Positions 37,780-51,787 of a stretch of 64,000 nucleotides of DNA are shown piece by piece (positions within the stretch are counted from its first letter, which is position 1; each line of letters begins with the position of its first letter). The position numbers and the translations under genes are program-made. The notes below the pieces were generated by a model. The model searched no databases. It had not been told where the DNA came from and saw only the letters and a list, made by a program, of their open reading frames with translations. Origin of the DNA: Bugula neritina (lineage: Eukaryota; Animalia; Bryozoa); assembly GCA_964035545.1 (NCBI GenBank), contig OZ037767.1, positions 15,566,998 to 15,630,997 on the forward strand. Reading direction: 5' to 3'.

Positions 37780-38915
37780 GTTCTGTTATGGTTCAGTGTA
37801 CAACCTATCAGTGTAATACATCTGAATCTGAACTCTATTCTCCACAATGAGTAGCAACAGCACATTTGGTGAGTGACTATGCATACAATACTTGTATTTT
37901 TATAATTCATTAGGCAACATTAAAGAGAATATTCTATCTTCAAATTTTGGAAATAAATTATATCTGTGAATAATTAAAAACATTTTCATCATTATAGTTA
38001 GAAAATCTTTTTAATGTTTTTCTATTTTTAGAATGTAACTATTAATAAATTTTATGTAACTTTAGTTTAGCTTGCAGAGCCTTTAAAACTTATTCTAATC
38101 TGATTCTAATCTACAAACTAGTTATACTGCAAATTGTTTGTATAATATCACAGTTATAACTCTTTCAGTACAACAATTGATTGTTTAAATTAAAAATACT
38201 TGCTTAGTACTAAATTGCAGTGCAATACAATAGTGTATTACATAGTTGAGTACAAAACAGGATGTATAAAATGCATTACACTATATTTCAATTTCAGACA
38301 TTAAAAAACTCCCTTCAAAAAAGCGATACACAATAATATGGAGGAATTTTAACATTCCTCCACCTGCACACATAGCAAGACGATATGCTGAGATAATCCA
38401 ACCAGAACCATACTATGATTATAATGAGTAAGTACTGCTTTACTGCTCAGTCTTTTTGTTGTAACCAGAACTTTTAGTCAAGCTGCTCTCTGATTACCAG
38501 ATAAACTTTCTCCATATAATTATTTATAGTCTAGATCTGTCAGGTTTGTGTTTGCAAGGTTTAAATTAACAATAAAGGCATATATTTAGATATAGAAGTA
38601 TTCCATGCATTCAGTAGTTCTATTAGATGATGGTGTAATTCTAAACTTTGACTGACAGAAGAGAAACTGTTATGAGTCTTCATAATAATATCTGAATAAC
38701 TATTATTTTATTATACTTTAGAAAGATGACAAGTAACCTCCAAGATGGTGGACTACATACATATTATGTAATAAACTCTGATACTCAGGTGAAAAGAGAG
38801 AGCTGAATCTGCCACATGCTGATGAACTGAATTACTCAGTTTTCTGTATTTTATTAACTGATCTAAACAAGTTTCCTCAAGTGTAAAGTTAGCTGAAATG
38901 TCAAACCAGCATGTC
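37780..38915 (+). repeat. Direct segmental duplication of 62856-64000
   Basis: Collinear high similarity through exons and introns, starting exactly at the TIR end. Confidence 0.92.
37847..38806 (+). CDS. Three-exon gene for an unrecognised 78-aa protein, copy 1
   Basis: Exons 37847-37868, 38298-38427, 38722-38806 (GT-AG, in frame): MSSNSTFDIKKLPSKKRYTIIWRNFNIPPPAHIARRYAEIIQPEPYYDYNEKMTSNLQDGGLHTYYVINSDTQVKRES*. AATAAA at 39011. Confidence 0.75.
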
Positions 38916-39647
38916 ACCATGATATTTCTATTTATATAACTATATAATTATATGATATTGTATATAAATATATAATGTACTATATTTTACTTGATTGTAT
39001 TATTTGAACTAATAAAACTTTTTATTATCTTGTATATACCAGGCGGGCTGAAGTAGGAATGTGATTTGAATATATGTGCTTACAAATATATATTTTATTT
39101 CATCTAATATTAGATTGTAATCTTTGTTGCCTGCCAAACAAGCAACTTACAGAAAATTTGAGTGAAAAAATAAAAAGAGCTAAGACTCTATTTCTGTAGT
39201 AGATATTTTAATGACTGCTGCTTTCAAACATATGTAGTAACTGCTTTGAATTCAGCAGCCATCAGTCTGTATATCTGGTGTTAACGAAGAATATTTTTAA
39301 TTTGCATGTATTATTATTTTAACACACCTAGCTAAGACTTTCTCTACATTTAAACATGAAATTATAATTGCAGAATCAACACATGCCAATAGTAATTATA
39401 ACCTCCTGTAATATTCATTATTTTAAATTTTGCTTGCCCAAATAATTATAACGAAATTCTTAGGCCGATAAATTTTTACTGGCTTTATTCAGCTTTAACA
39501 GTACAAAAACCATATTTTGTCACTTGTGCTGCCTGTTTCTCTCCTAATAAACAAAAGTTTTGATTATTTTGGCATGGGCATGTTTCTTCAATGTTAAAGG
39601 TCTTTTAGGTAAAAGAAATTTAAGAGTTCAACAGTTTAATTTGTTTA

Positions 39648-39990
39648 CAGGCCAATGAATGAAAATTTCGTAATTACGTATCATAATTATTATGTAATAA
39701 AATCTACTCTCAAGAGACTCACACCTTTGAAAAGCTGTATGATTGCTGGCCAATCTGTGAGGATTAAAAATTGAGAAACTCATAAAGCTAAAAATTAAAG
39801 CCTGTAAATATAAAGTTACATAATAGAGTAGCTGGTATTAGCTGGTAATTACAGTCAGTTTTGGTAAGTGCTGTGCACGTGAGCTAAGTCTATGGAATCT
39901 ACTCTACTTATACTAAATTTGGTCCCATAAACAAGTTTTCAGAGTTTAGGTTGTCTTCAACACAAAGAATAACTCACTAACCAATCTTAA
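39648..39990 (+). repeat. Diverged dispersed repeat, similar to 61609-61940
   Basis: Shared blocks cataattattatgtaa, aaagctgtat, ttgagaaactca, agttacataatagag, agtttaggttgtctt. Confidence 0.7.
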
Positions 39991-40630
39991 GCAGTATGAT
40001 GGCTGCAGCAAAAGTCATCAGCTGAAGTCATCATATTAATAATTGAATTAATTGCTCCTTGCTTTATACATGCATAATGTAATTATTATATAATCTTATA
40101 TTTAATCAAATATAACAAAACAAATATCGACTTGTATTGTATATTATGTTTATGATATATATAATTTGCGTTTTTAGAAAGGAGAAATTCAATAGTAAAC
40201 ATCTATGGAAGGGGAGTTGATGGTATGACAAAGGTTTGGAATCGTTCAAGTTCTTATGGAATGAGCTGCACTTTAGCGTAGGTAACTTACAACTATTGTT
40301 TACATCTCGTAACTAAGTAACTAGCCGCCACAATTAGCGATCCCTGACTCCGGCGCCAAAGGTTTCATTTGATTTAGTCAATGGACGTTTCCGTAGTTAC
40401 CAGGTTACCAAGTGTCCGGCGAGTTTACAGATCGATACTATAATAATAGAAATAAAAATAATTATACTCTCGTGTAGTTTGAGTAATATCATTATTTCTC
40501 AAATTAATATGGTACTTTACCATGTTTACTGTCTATTTACATTATATTTATACTTACTCTCAGTCTTACTCTAACAATAACAGTAACGACTAACTCTTAC
40601 TCTTAGTGAATTACTATCACTCTGTAACAC

Positions 40631-40702
40631 ACTAATACTAATAGTAATACTAATAGTAATAGTAATACTAATAGTAATACTAATAGTAATACTAATAGTA
40701 AT
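40631..40702. repeat. (TAATAG/TAATAC)n microsatellite
   Basis: Tandem hexamers. Confidence 0.85.
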
Positions 40703-41129
40703 GGTATTTGCTATTTAGTATTTAAGCGTGTCATTCTTTAAATTAAAATCATTATAATATTATTTAAAATTAAATAGTTGGTAATCTTTAACTTCAAATG
40801 TATAACAATAAATTATTGTTATAAACTCAAAGTTGAAGATTACCATATTAATCAAATGATATAAATTATTGAATATTCTATTATATTTATTATTATATTA
40901 CTTATTCAAAAAGTTATTGTTATAATAAACTTAATGATTTTAATTGACTTCAAGTTTAGGGTCAAGTTTTAATAATGGAAAATTGATCTACTACTAGTAC
41001 AAATTTTTAGATTCATGTTACACTTACTCAATTTGAATATCAGAATATCTTACCCATGGTACTAGTCAGTTAATAATCACAATGAATAGTAATCACTGCA
41101 TGCAATCACTATTTACAATATTTCACCTT

Positions 41130-42036
41130 GCAAAGTCTTCTCACTATATTATCATGATGTATTCAATCGCTGTATGGTTTAATCCGCTTTTGTATGTATA
41201 TAGATCTTCTCATCAGTTTTGGTAAGGAAAGTATTAGCTAGCGCCAAATCACTGCTTTTTGTATAATCTAGTATTTTCTCTCCATCATCATTCCTGACTT
41301 ACCTTTATGCCATCTCTCAAAGCCCTCCAGTCTAACTGTTCAGTCATGTCCATTCCGGTCTCCTGCAAATATCAGTTGTTCTGATGCCGGGGTGCGTGTA
41401 ATGGTTCCTTCCAGTTGGTTCCAGAATCGCTGCTCCTCCTGCTCTTTGCAACCCTGTCATGCAGGGCGCATATACGGTCACTATTTTGTATGTCTTCTCA
41501 GGTGTTATTAATTTCATTGCCATTTTTCTTTCAGATGCTCTCTTAGTTGCTATTACTTTGTCTTGCCACTCCTCACTAAGGCATATTGCAACTCAATTTC
41601 TCGGTCTTCCACGTCCACTATAGTATAGTTTATAAACAATTCCGATGTTTCTTGTTTTTCCTCCCTCTTGTCCTTCCTCCATCACGTTTCCTTTAAGCAT
41701 TCTATGGGTATTTTTCTTTTATTCATCTTGTCTGTTACCTCTCTACTTTTTTTTTGTTAGGGTGCCTATATTAAGGGATGTCGACCTCAACTTTGTTTGC
41801 CTCTCTCGTTTTCTTTTCACAGCGTCAATGCAATGCATAAGTGCCATTGCGCATCGCTTCCGGGATATGCTCTAGTGTTAGCTGTCTATATTCTGATTGC
41901 CTCTGGCATAATTGTTTGTGGGGCATGTTTTCTTAAGGACTGGATGCTCTTCCTGATGTCCACCCTCTGTGTTTACCTGAGCTCGAGACCGGCTGTTTGC
42001 TCCCCTGGTTTGCTGAGCATTCAGGAAACATTCTGA
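41130..42036 (-). mobile_element. 5' fragment of an RTE-like LINE (apurinic-type endonuclease domain), decayed
   Basis: Minus-strand peptides IVTVYAP, FWNQLE..IFAGD, RNDDGEKILDY..DLALANTF and YTYKSG, with frameshifts; no RT follows. Confidence 0.8.
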
Positions 42037-42252
42037 CTATCATGTATACCAGTGTTATTACCTGCCTTTGTTTAACATAGTTTTTCATGTTTTTATATGT
42101 ATAGTTGGTTGTTGATGGTCTGGTTAAGACCTAGAACTTAATAGGACAGTCTTTGGTTGGGCAAGTGAAGGACAAACCTTCACAGATGTAGGTTAAATAT
42201 TATGCTAAGAGTACGCATATCTTTTACAGGGTTTCCTTATCATATAACCAAG

Positions 42253-45200
42253 ATGGCAGAATCCAGAGTTGTGAAAAAAAGACTAAACAATTCGTATCGC
42301 TGTGGGTATTGCTTGCAGTACTTCAACAAACTTGAAGATCCCAGAACTCTGCCCCATCTGCATGTGTACTGCATGAGATGTTTGAAGACTGACATCGGTG
42401 GTAGGAAGGATCATATCAGATGTGCTTATTGTAGGTGAGTTACAGTACATAACACAATATATCGTGTCATAGGCTTGCATATAATTTTCTCACTATTATC
42501 TAGGAGTTGTCTGATCTGTTTCTATGAAAAACTAACAATACTGTATATTCTATGTGAATTCTGGTTAAAAACTTGTGGATAATGAATGTATTTTTGCTAA
42601 TTATTTAAATCCAATTTAAATGCTCCCACTTTTTGTACCCTCTACCCTCTATAATTTTATATAATAGAGTTTTGTTAATCATTGTAATTGAAGTCAAAGT
42701 TTTGGCATCTGAAAAGGTGTCTATTATTAAGTACTTTGCTTAGTAATTAACAATAAGTTCTCACTTTTATTAGCAGACAAAGTTTTAGCGAACAGTCTTT
42801 TTCATGGATCGATCGATCTGAGACAGTGATTGTGTAATAGCCTGTGGTCTATATAATGAATGTGTGTTGATGTGTGATGAGTATCTATTTGAGTATTTGT
42901 CAAGGACATATAGCTGTGTGTGTGGATGGAGTATTTCATTACTTGAGACATCATATTATATTATACTTCCTGGTATACTAAACAGAGATGACACACTGAT
43001 TAATATATTGTAGGAAAGATCACTATGACATAACAGACCCCACTACTCTACCTGTCGCAAAGCATGGAGACCCCTTGGAATATAAATCTCCACCCAAACC
43101 TGAACCCATGCCTTGCGATGTTTGTAAAGATGGAACAGAAGCTGCCACGTTCTGTGTGGAGAGTCAAAAGAGGTTGTGTCAGCAGCATCAAGAAGTGAGT
43201 CTTTTTTACATCATTTCGCAAGATTATATCATGTCTCAAGATTGGTTACTAAACCAGTTCTGGTTTGTGTGTAGAATATTATTGAAAGGAAATGTTGAGT
43301 CTGTGTGACTTTTTATACTAAACACACAATTTCACAGTGCAGTGAGTCAACTATGACAGACTTGTTGGTGAAAATACAACCAACTAAACTGTTGACCTTT
43401 ATTATACAGAATCACAGAGAGCTGATGGGAGATAGACATCAGTTTATTGATATTGAGGTCTACAGAGCTTTTCCCCAAAGATATACTACAACTGAATGTG
43501 AACATCATAAACAGGAACAGCTGACAGAAGTGTGTTCCAAGTGTCACCAGATATTCTGTATGAGATGTGATATGAAGACTGGCTGTAAAGATAAGACAGG
43601 TATTTACTTGCTGTTTTCGCTTTTGTAAAAAGAGACTGAGAATTATTACAAAAACATGTTATCTTTTATTTTATTATTAAAATGAGTTATGTAACAGCAA
43701 AAGAGGAAGTAAGTTTTTCAGACTGAGTTGATATAAATATTGAAACTGGATTTTGTGTAAAAAGTTGTAATAAACATGCTAACGGCTGGAGGTATTTTTC
43801 AGCAATAAGGTTTGTGTGAGACGGAAATGGATATATAGTGCAGGAGTTTATATTATAACTGTTTTGTTGAATATTCAGTATATTTCATCTTTCAAGTGTT
43901 TGTATCCTTAATAAGATGGTATAGGAATAGCTTTAACTCAGTGGTTTCCAATCTTTTTCATACCATTCCCTTTTTCATAGGTGTGTTTTATTGAGTTTCT
44001 CCATTTGCAAGATGAACACTAATTTAAATTTATAAACAAACTCTGAGACAAGTTCTTTTTTTAGTGATTTTTTGAGTGTAGGAAAAAGCACTTTGGTTTT
44101 GACATGAACCAGTGTCTGCCACAACTTCAGTTTAGCTTTGAAAGCAATGATACTGCTATTAAACGCAGTGAGTTGATGATTATATATTCATTCATTTTAG
44201 GTTTAGATTTTTTTAGTGGAGCAAATATATTTACTAGGTATGCAGTAAATTGTTTATAGAGATCAGTTCGACTGACAGCAAAATTTTCCTGTTGTTTTTT
44301 GCTTTAAAGAAACTTTTTAACCTCCATTCGTAGCAGGAGGGGTAGCAGCTAGAGTAGAGTGAATATTAGACACATGGATGTAGAAGTAAACTTAGATTAT
44401 AGAGTGTAGTGTGGATAAATAAGTGAACTACATAAAACGGAGGTTTTATAGTTATACATATACATGTAACTTAGAATACAAGGGAAGCGCTTAAAGAGCT
44501 GGTAACAAACTTTGTGAATTTTTTAAAAATTACAACCGCTTTAAGCCCAAATTCTCCGCAAGGAGGAGCTCCCCTAAGGTTGGAGCTACTGCTTTAAATT
44601 TTTTAACTACATTATTCCAAGTGCAGTGAATAATGAGCTAATCATGTGACATCTTTCTAGAATGTCCCTTTGTGTGAATTAGTGCTAGAGAAAGGTCAGC
44701 TATGATCAACTCGGATAGCAATACTTGAGACAGAGTCCAACTGTTTAGTAATAACATAGTATCTGTATAGTGATACATCATCAACCTGTAGTCGCAGATA
44801 GTAGGTGTACAATATCATATCTAAAATATATTACTTTTATTATTAGTGTGATTTTATGTATACAGAAGAGACAGTAGCATTCCATGACTTGGCATCTTTG
44901 AGTGATTTGTCTTGTGAGTTACGAGAAAGTCTGACTGGTGGAATAGAGACTCTGTCTGAGAAAGTTGCAGAGTTGAATGACATCTCAAAGGATGCCTGGA
45001 AAGAACTGAGTAAAATAGAAGATAAAGTGAAAAAGATGGTTGCCAGAGTAAACGCTGTAGCTGATGCTCAGGTATGCGGACATGGTGATGTCATCTAATG
45101 TATTTCTGTTCGTCTGAAATTAGATTTTGCATTTGGTCTTTCAGTTGTAATCAGAAATGAATTTCATTTGTCATTAAAGCATTATCATCCTGTGTGCAAG

Positions 45201-48200
45201 TTGCAGTAGTCATACATCACATGTTACTCAGTGCAGAGGAACCTGTCAATACAGATGACTCACTCATCCTTCTGCAACTGTCAATCACTCAAACAGAAAG
45301 GTTGGCTGTGTGAGTGATTGACAGGTGTCAGGAGGAGGAGACTAGTCACATTATCTACTAACTTTCTGCTGTGTATTATGAAGTGTCACGTGACTGAGTC
45401 ATTGTATTCTTAGTGGGTGATTAGTCACTTTCATTTCAAGTGTAGAGTTTGGGAGGTGCAGATGTGGTTACACTGTGTTACTATTTATTAGATAGAAAAG
45501 ATTAGAAAGAGAGCTACAAACCTGAGGCTAGAAATATATGGATATTTGAAGATCTGCACACAGATAGTGGATAATTATAGAATTGAGCTGGCCTTGAGTA
45601 AGACAATGGGCAGACAGTCTCTGCTGGACACAGTACAACATGCAGTTGATAAGTTCAATGATGCAGGGATTGTGAGAGACTACAAAGAGATGAGTGGGAA
45701 GATGGAAAAGGCTACAGATATTGGTGTAATAGAGAAGTGTTTACTTCCAGACAGCATCTTGGTACCAACATGTAGGTGGAGTCTATAAATAGTAACACTA
45801 ACTATAAATAACTTTCTGCTTGTAATCAGTTAAATTGCTTTCATTGAATATTTTAATAGGAGAATAAAGAGAAACCTCTGATAATTAGAAAAGTAGATAG
45901 AGTTTATTTATTAGATAATTAAGTTTTGTTCTACTCTCACATTATGAGACATTTCTGCAGTGTTTCAGAGTTTATGATGTATAAGTGAGCTGCTAAACTG
46001 TGTTATGCTGACTACCTGCTGTCAGTATTAACAAAATATTCTCACTTAGACCTGTGCATCACGCAGCAACTTGTAGTATAACTACAGACTGCTTGTATTT
46101 AAAATATCTTTTTATTTTAGGTTTGAAAAGCTGTTCCCCTTCTCCTCAGCTGATGAGATGCTCAAGTTATAGTATTGTTATTTTGTTGTTGCAGACAGTG
46201 AAGACAGTCTGGGACTGAAGCTGCTGCAGCCACCATCTTCTCTACAGTCTGATGGACTTCCTGTACGTGGAGCGTGTTACACAGTAAACATCTCAGCTGA
46301 TGGACATCTTATGTGTGAGACACCAGTACGTGTAGAAGTAATAAATAGAGACACTCTAGATACTATCAGCTCAGTGAAGGACACCGACACTACAAAGTGG
46401 TGGGAGATAATCCAACCTGAAGGGGTGATGGTTGGCAGCTTCTATAACAGAAAGCAGAAAACAGCTGAAGTCTCACTCCTTGATCCGAACTCCTTTGAAA
46501 AGTCTCGCTCTGTCTACAAGCAGTCAGTAGATGGACTCTTCACTCACTATAGAATAGCTCAGCACTTCTCACTGCTCTATACTGTAGACAGTGAAAAGAA
46601 ACAGCTGGTAGTCTGTGATCTAGTTGACAATAATATACAGAAGTTTCCTCTTCTTAAGATGGAGTACCCTTGGCCTGTATGCATCCTCCCAGACTCAACT
46701 CTCCTCATAGGAGACTTCGCTGTAGATGGTAACGTGAGAAGATATAAAGCGGAGAACACAACTCTCACTCTAATGTGGGAGTTTCCTCACACCTCAGAAC
46801 CAACTGGTATTTCCTTTGATCCAACATCTGAACTGATTCACATCTGTACAGAGAGAGGACCTCTCCTCATCCTCTCACTTGAAGGTAAATATTGTGTTTA
46901 TTATAGTAAGTTTAGTTATTTTATATATAATTATGTTGCAGTAAATAATATATTTTAATAATTAACAGTAAACAAATTCTACTCATAAGATATAATATTG
47001 TTAGTATTTATCATGTCACTGATGTTAATTTTAGCTAAAAGTTATGTAATAAAGACTGTAACATGCTGATAGTAGATGTTACATTCTTCATCACATGACT
47101 TATAGCTAATAATAATATTAGTGAATAATACTGCCTCCCTACAATAAGTTTATTTCCAGCTGCAGTAACATGCAGGATGTAAGCACAGGTAAAAGTGTAT
47201 ATTATATTGTATAGGTTTAAGGTGTATTCTGTGTAGTGTGCAGTGAGCTCTTAGTAAACTTTCCATTCAGTCTTCCTTTCCAAGGGTTCACCTGGTAGTG
47301 TAGAGGATAGGGACTCCACACTGCCAAGTGCTGCAAGGGGTTCAAACCCACCCATCAGCATGTCTATAGTTGGTATACTATGGAAGTGTTTTACAGTAGT
47401 TTTAGAGGTGCTTAGTCTAATAATTGTACAGACTGCCAGCTACACATGAGTTATGAGTTGTAGTTTGGCTTCAGTCTAGTGCTGCCATTGTGTTGGTCAT
47501 CAGATAATTTAAAGATAAATAATTCAATACTTTTTGACCCGCCATTACTGAGACTATTGTAATTTGATGATGGCTGGTTGAGCAGTGTTTGCTGGTGGGA
47601 CTTAAGTGGCTGTGGTTGGTTCTTGTCAAATATTTAATATGTGATAATGTTGGAGTAGCTGCAGTAGTATTAGAAATAGACATGTGGGTGTGTTCTTGCT
47701 AAAAGCCACAGGCTAAGTTTGTGGGTCAAGGTCAATACAGTAGTATAATGAGACACTATTTTCTACTCTGTTTGAATATTTACTTCACAGAGAGAAATAT
47801 TAGTGTTAGAGTGAACATTAGCTGACAACTAAAACAGCTCGTTTTTTGGATCCCTAAATTGACCAGCAGTGAATAGAAATTAGTGTCAGGTACTGTTCAC
47901 AGTGAATAGTATGTTAGATCAATGTTGATATAAAGAGTTGTGAAGTTGATTCTTAGTATTTATCACAATGAGCCAAGTTATGTTCAATGGTGATCTTATA
48001 TATGTTCAATGGTGAGCTTAAATATTTTCGATGGTGATCTTATTTATGCTCAATAGTAATATTATATATGTTTAATAGTGATCTTATTTATGCTCAATAG
48101 TGATATTATATATGTTCAATGGTGAGCTTATTTATGCTCAATAGTGATATTATATATGTTTAATGATGATCTTATTTCTGTTCAATGATGATCTTAGATA

Positions 48201-51200
48201 TGCTCAATGCTGAACTAAGTTATATTCAAAGCTGAACTTATAAATGTTCCATGCTGCTCTAATGTTTGTTGGAAATAAGCTTCTGCAAAAATTATTACTG
48301 ATCACTCTGAACTAACTTGTCATAACTTCTAACCAGTAGGAGAGTATAGTAATGTGGATTTTATTGTATATGATAGTTGAATATAAGAAATGCAACAAAA
48401 AATAACTTCTAAAGATTAAAATAAGAAAAAAAAAAACATGAAAATAAGCATTTGCAGAATTTTTCTACAACTGTAAATTCAGTTAACTTTTCTCAATATT
48501 AGCAGAACCTGCTAAGACCATAGTGTGTCATTACATTCTTGCTCTGTAGTGTAGTGATAACCAAGCAGTTGTGGTGTGTAATGGTTAGCACACCTGTGTG
48601 CAAGTCCGAGGTCTGTGATAGTAACCCAAGTACGGGAGGGGGGGAAGGGGAAGTTTTATAACTAATTCTAGCGGTTAGTAAAGTGTGGTAGAACTCCGAG
48701 AAGAGTTGAGTGGTCAGGGAAGCTTGAAGGAGTAGTATAAAAAAGGCAGCTGAGTTCTTGAAAAGTGGGTAAGGTGTAGTGTCGAGAGCACCCAGTGACG
48801 ATTGTAATGTAGTGGTGAGTGCGTCTGCTTGCAGGCTGAAGGTCTCAGCATGACTCAAAGTTTTGTAGTGGTCAAATTCTTTTTTGTGCTCCTATTCAGC
48901 ATCTTTGAGTGTATGTTTTTAAAAAATGTTATGGGATCTACAACAAAAGATAAAATTTGGGTAATATTTAAACTGTATTAACATGAACAGTAAACATTTG
49001 GTTAAGATATACAATCACAAGCAGCTTATAAATCAAGTTCAACTCCGAAGAAGTTGAAGTCTAAGGCCAAAACTAATAGTATCAATGATGATAGCTATGA
49101 ATCTTTCAGCATATTTTCAGCACCACCGTACCAATCGTTTGATTCTGAATAACCATACAGGCTTTGGCAAACTTATGATCATTATGTTTCGTAGTGGGTT
49201 AGTTTGGGTTAGTTTGAGCTTATCAAAATTTAGTAACAATTTTGGCCATCATTTTATTTTATTTCTTTCTTAATTACAAATGCAAGAGCTGTTGGGCATA
49301 ATTAGTTTAGTTAATAGAAGCTTCTCTGCATTAAAATTATCTCAAAATGTCAGTGAACCACAATTTAAGCTGGAGTCAGCATTTTATATGGACCCCTCAT
49401 ATCGAGATAACAGATATTGATAAGTTTCAGTATGTCTATAAATTGAAAAACAAATAAAGTACTACCAAGAAAAATATTGCTACTTAAACATGTTTTTATA
49501 TTTAATTGTGCTGTGCAAAGATAAATAAAAGAATAAACTGGTAGCACGGAAGTTAATAAAAAAATTTGCCAACTCACCATTAATATTGGCATTTTGGTAC
49601 TTAGCTATAAAACAAGAAGCTAGCTTGGCAGCTGCTTAAGGCTAATAACTACTTGTAGGCTGCTAAACTGCATTATTAACAATATGAATACTTCTACAAT
49701 GGGGGGGGGGGGGAATTGAAATTAATGAATTTAGCACAAATTGCTAGAAGGTGAAGTGGAAATAAAACGCTACATTTTTTGAAAATATATTGTTACAGGA
49801 AAACTTGTATCAAATTGATATAGGGATAGAGTAGTTTAGGAAATATAAGTTAATGTGGTCTCTTAAAAGTTATAGTTGCACAAATTCAATTATCTGTCTA
49901 CAGCAATAGTCATACTGTCATTGTGATTGTGATATAAATTCAAAATGACAACGTTAAGCAAATGATTGAGCTTACCTTTTGCTGCAATGACAACTTCAGT
50001 TCCTAACTCTGAAAGAAAGTGATCATCTTCTATCTCTGAGAGGTAGCTGCAATCTTTACCCATGTGATGAAATGATTCAATGTTTTCCCTGTTGTGGGGT
50101 TGTTTGGAAGCACAAATTCACTGAATCTCAAAGCACAACCTCCTAGTCTGAGCCTCTGGTGTTCACTATGCCGGCAAAATATTTCTTCTGTCAATAGCTG
50201 CGAATGAAAACTATGTGCTGTTATGTAATAACCTTTGCTTTGCTCTGTCACTGCTTGGTAAGCCAGTTTCTTGCCTTTGAATTACAATTTAAATATTTCC
50301 TTATTATAGCTCTGTTATGCAACATCTTCTTTTGTTCCACCGGGTAGTTTACACAAGTTTACACAAGGCTTTTGAAGTGGTTCACCTGATCCAGCATTGA
50401 CTATTCAGTAGCTTGTTTCATTGTTAATTTTAAGCTTCTTGTTTGAAACACATTTGCTGATAACTGAGTACATTGGAGTTTAATGGTGCATCTCCCTGAT
50501 CTCTCTTTTACACACATTTTAAATTAGTTGGCTTTCCTTTCCATGAATGAAATTGACTAGTGAAGCCTAAACTACCCATGCAAGAGATATGTGCAGTTAA
50601 AATTCAATTTAAGTCTTTGATAAACGGAGTGGGGCAATGTTTAATAGTAGTCTGAAAATTTGAAAATGTCTTGGCTTCAAAAACATTTCGAAATCATAAA
50701 CAGCTAGTAGGTTGAAGGAGTTTCATTCCACTTATATGCTCCCCAGTTAGGTTGTATTTTTTGTTTTGGTACTAAGTATTATATACCTATATACCCTTAT
50801 ATAACTTTCATATCAATTGCTAAACATAAAATAACCAACAATATGATATATTTGCAATAATATTTAAATTTTTCCAAATTTGTGTTGAAAAAAAGCATTA
50901 AATGCATTAATAATAACATTTTTTCAAAAAACAAAAAATATAGAAAATGCAAAATTAATAGGTTTATGCAGAGCAAAGAAATTTATTTGTGTGCCAATTA
51001 TAAAAAGCAATTGACTCAAATTTATTTAAATACACATATATTTCAATAGTATTCAAATAAATTGCAAGTAAAATGTATAAATAGCATCTAACTTGGAAGC
51101 ACCAATTGAAATGACCCAAATGTAGGGTTCAACTCTATCCTAGCTTCCTATAAAGGTTTGTGATCATCATTAGTGCACATGTGAACGAATAATGTTGTTA

Positions 51201-51787
51201 GGTAAACAACTGCCGATTGTTCCATAATTCTTATGTAAATAAAATTTTGCTTGAACATATGTAGTTGTAGCATTGATCTCACTTTCTGCTCCTTAAAACT
51301 ACTGTTTAGCTTCATTCAGACCTAGGGATGATGATTACGTAATACTTGTGAAAAGTAGCGTTGACTTAACAACTAAGTGGTTTCAGAGCTACTACAAAAT
51401 ATTTTTCAGCTTACACTAATCGGATTAATTTTCAATTTCATCAAAATAAGTGCAGGTCTAACAACTAATAGAGGTGTGGTGCAGGCTATACCGACAATAA
51501 AAGGCTCTTTGAACAACTTTAGTGCAAGCGCTGCACTAATATTTCTCTCTGTGTTCATGCATATAACCTGCTTAGTTTCATCTTTACAGGAAGTCTGTCT
51601 GTTTCTCTCAATACATACCAACTGCTACAATATGCTGCTATTATTTACAGGTCAACTGGTGCTTACAGTTCCCAGAGAAAGTCTTGGTGTGAGTGGCTGG
51701 GTGTATGACATTGCTGTGTATAACAGAGGCACAGTGTTTCTAGCATGTGGATATGATGGTCTAAAGAGATACACAATAAAATACTAA
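42253..51787 (+). CDS. TRIM-type E3 ligase-like protein: RING, two B-boxes, coiled coil, NHL-like beta-propeller (621 aa, 7 coding exons)
   Basis: Exons 42253-42434, 43014-43194, 43410-43599, 44866-45071, 45492-45771, 46195-46884 and 51651-51787 splice GT-AG into 1866 nt with no stop seen. CGYC..LPHLHVYCMRC..CAYC; propeller repeats YPWPVCILPDSTLLIGD and EPTGISFDPTSELIHIC; AATAAA at 52077. Confidence 0.88.
43939..44591. mobile_element. Non-autonomous hAT-like element in a TRIM intron
   Basis: Termini CAGTGGTTTCCAA..TTGGAGCTACTG; 8-bp TSD CTTTAACT / CTTTAAAT. Confidence 0.7.
45278..45324. repeat. Intronic hairpin (core of a small foldback)
   Basis: CTGTCAATCACTCA pairs with TGAGTGATTGACAG. 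Confidence 0.6.
47290..47360 (+). mobile_element. tRNA-derived SINE-like head (Pol III A/B boxes)
   Basis: A-box-like TAGTGTAGAGG (47296-47306) and B-box GGTTCAAACCC (47339-47349); no proper cloverleaf. Confidence 0.45.
47786..51553. mobile_element. ~3.77-kb non-autonomous CACTA/EnSpm-like element, copy A (in the last TRIM intron)
   Basis: 20-bp TIR CACAGAGAGAAATATTAGTG; 2-bp TSD TT; subterminal ~22-bp tandem array at ~47975-48245. Confidence 0.9.

Noticed and set aside
47290-47360. tRNA gene
   Set aside because: A/B boxes are present but the acceptor and anticodon stems do not pair; kept only as a SINE-like head.
47975-48245. Regular ~22-bp repeats resembling a CRISPR array
   Set aside because: Units are head-to-tail with no unique spacers, there are no cas genes, and the context is a eukaryotic transposon.
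48499-51621. Short ORFs shared by both CACTA-like copies as genes
   Set aside because: Shared only because the copies are young; stops and frameshifts differ and no transposase motif is recognisable.
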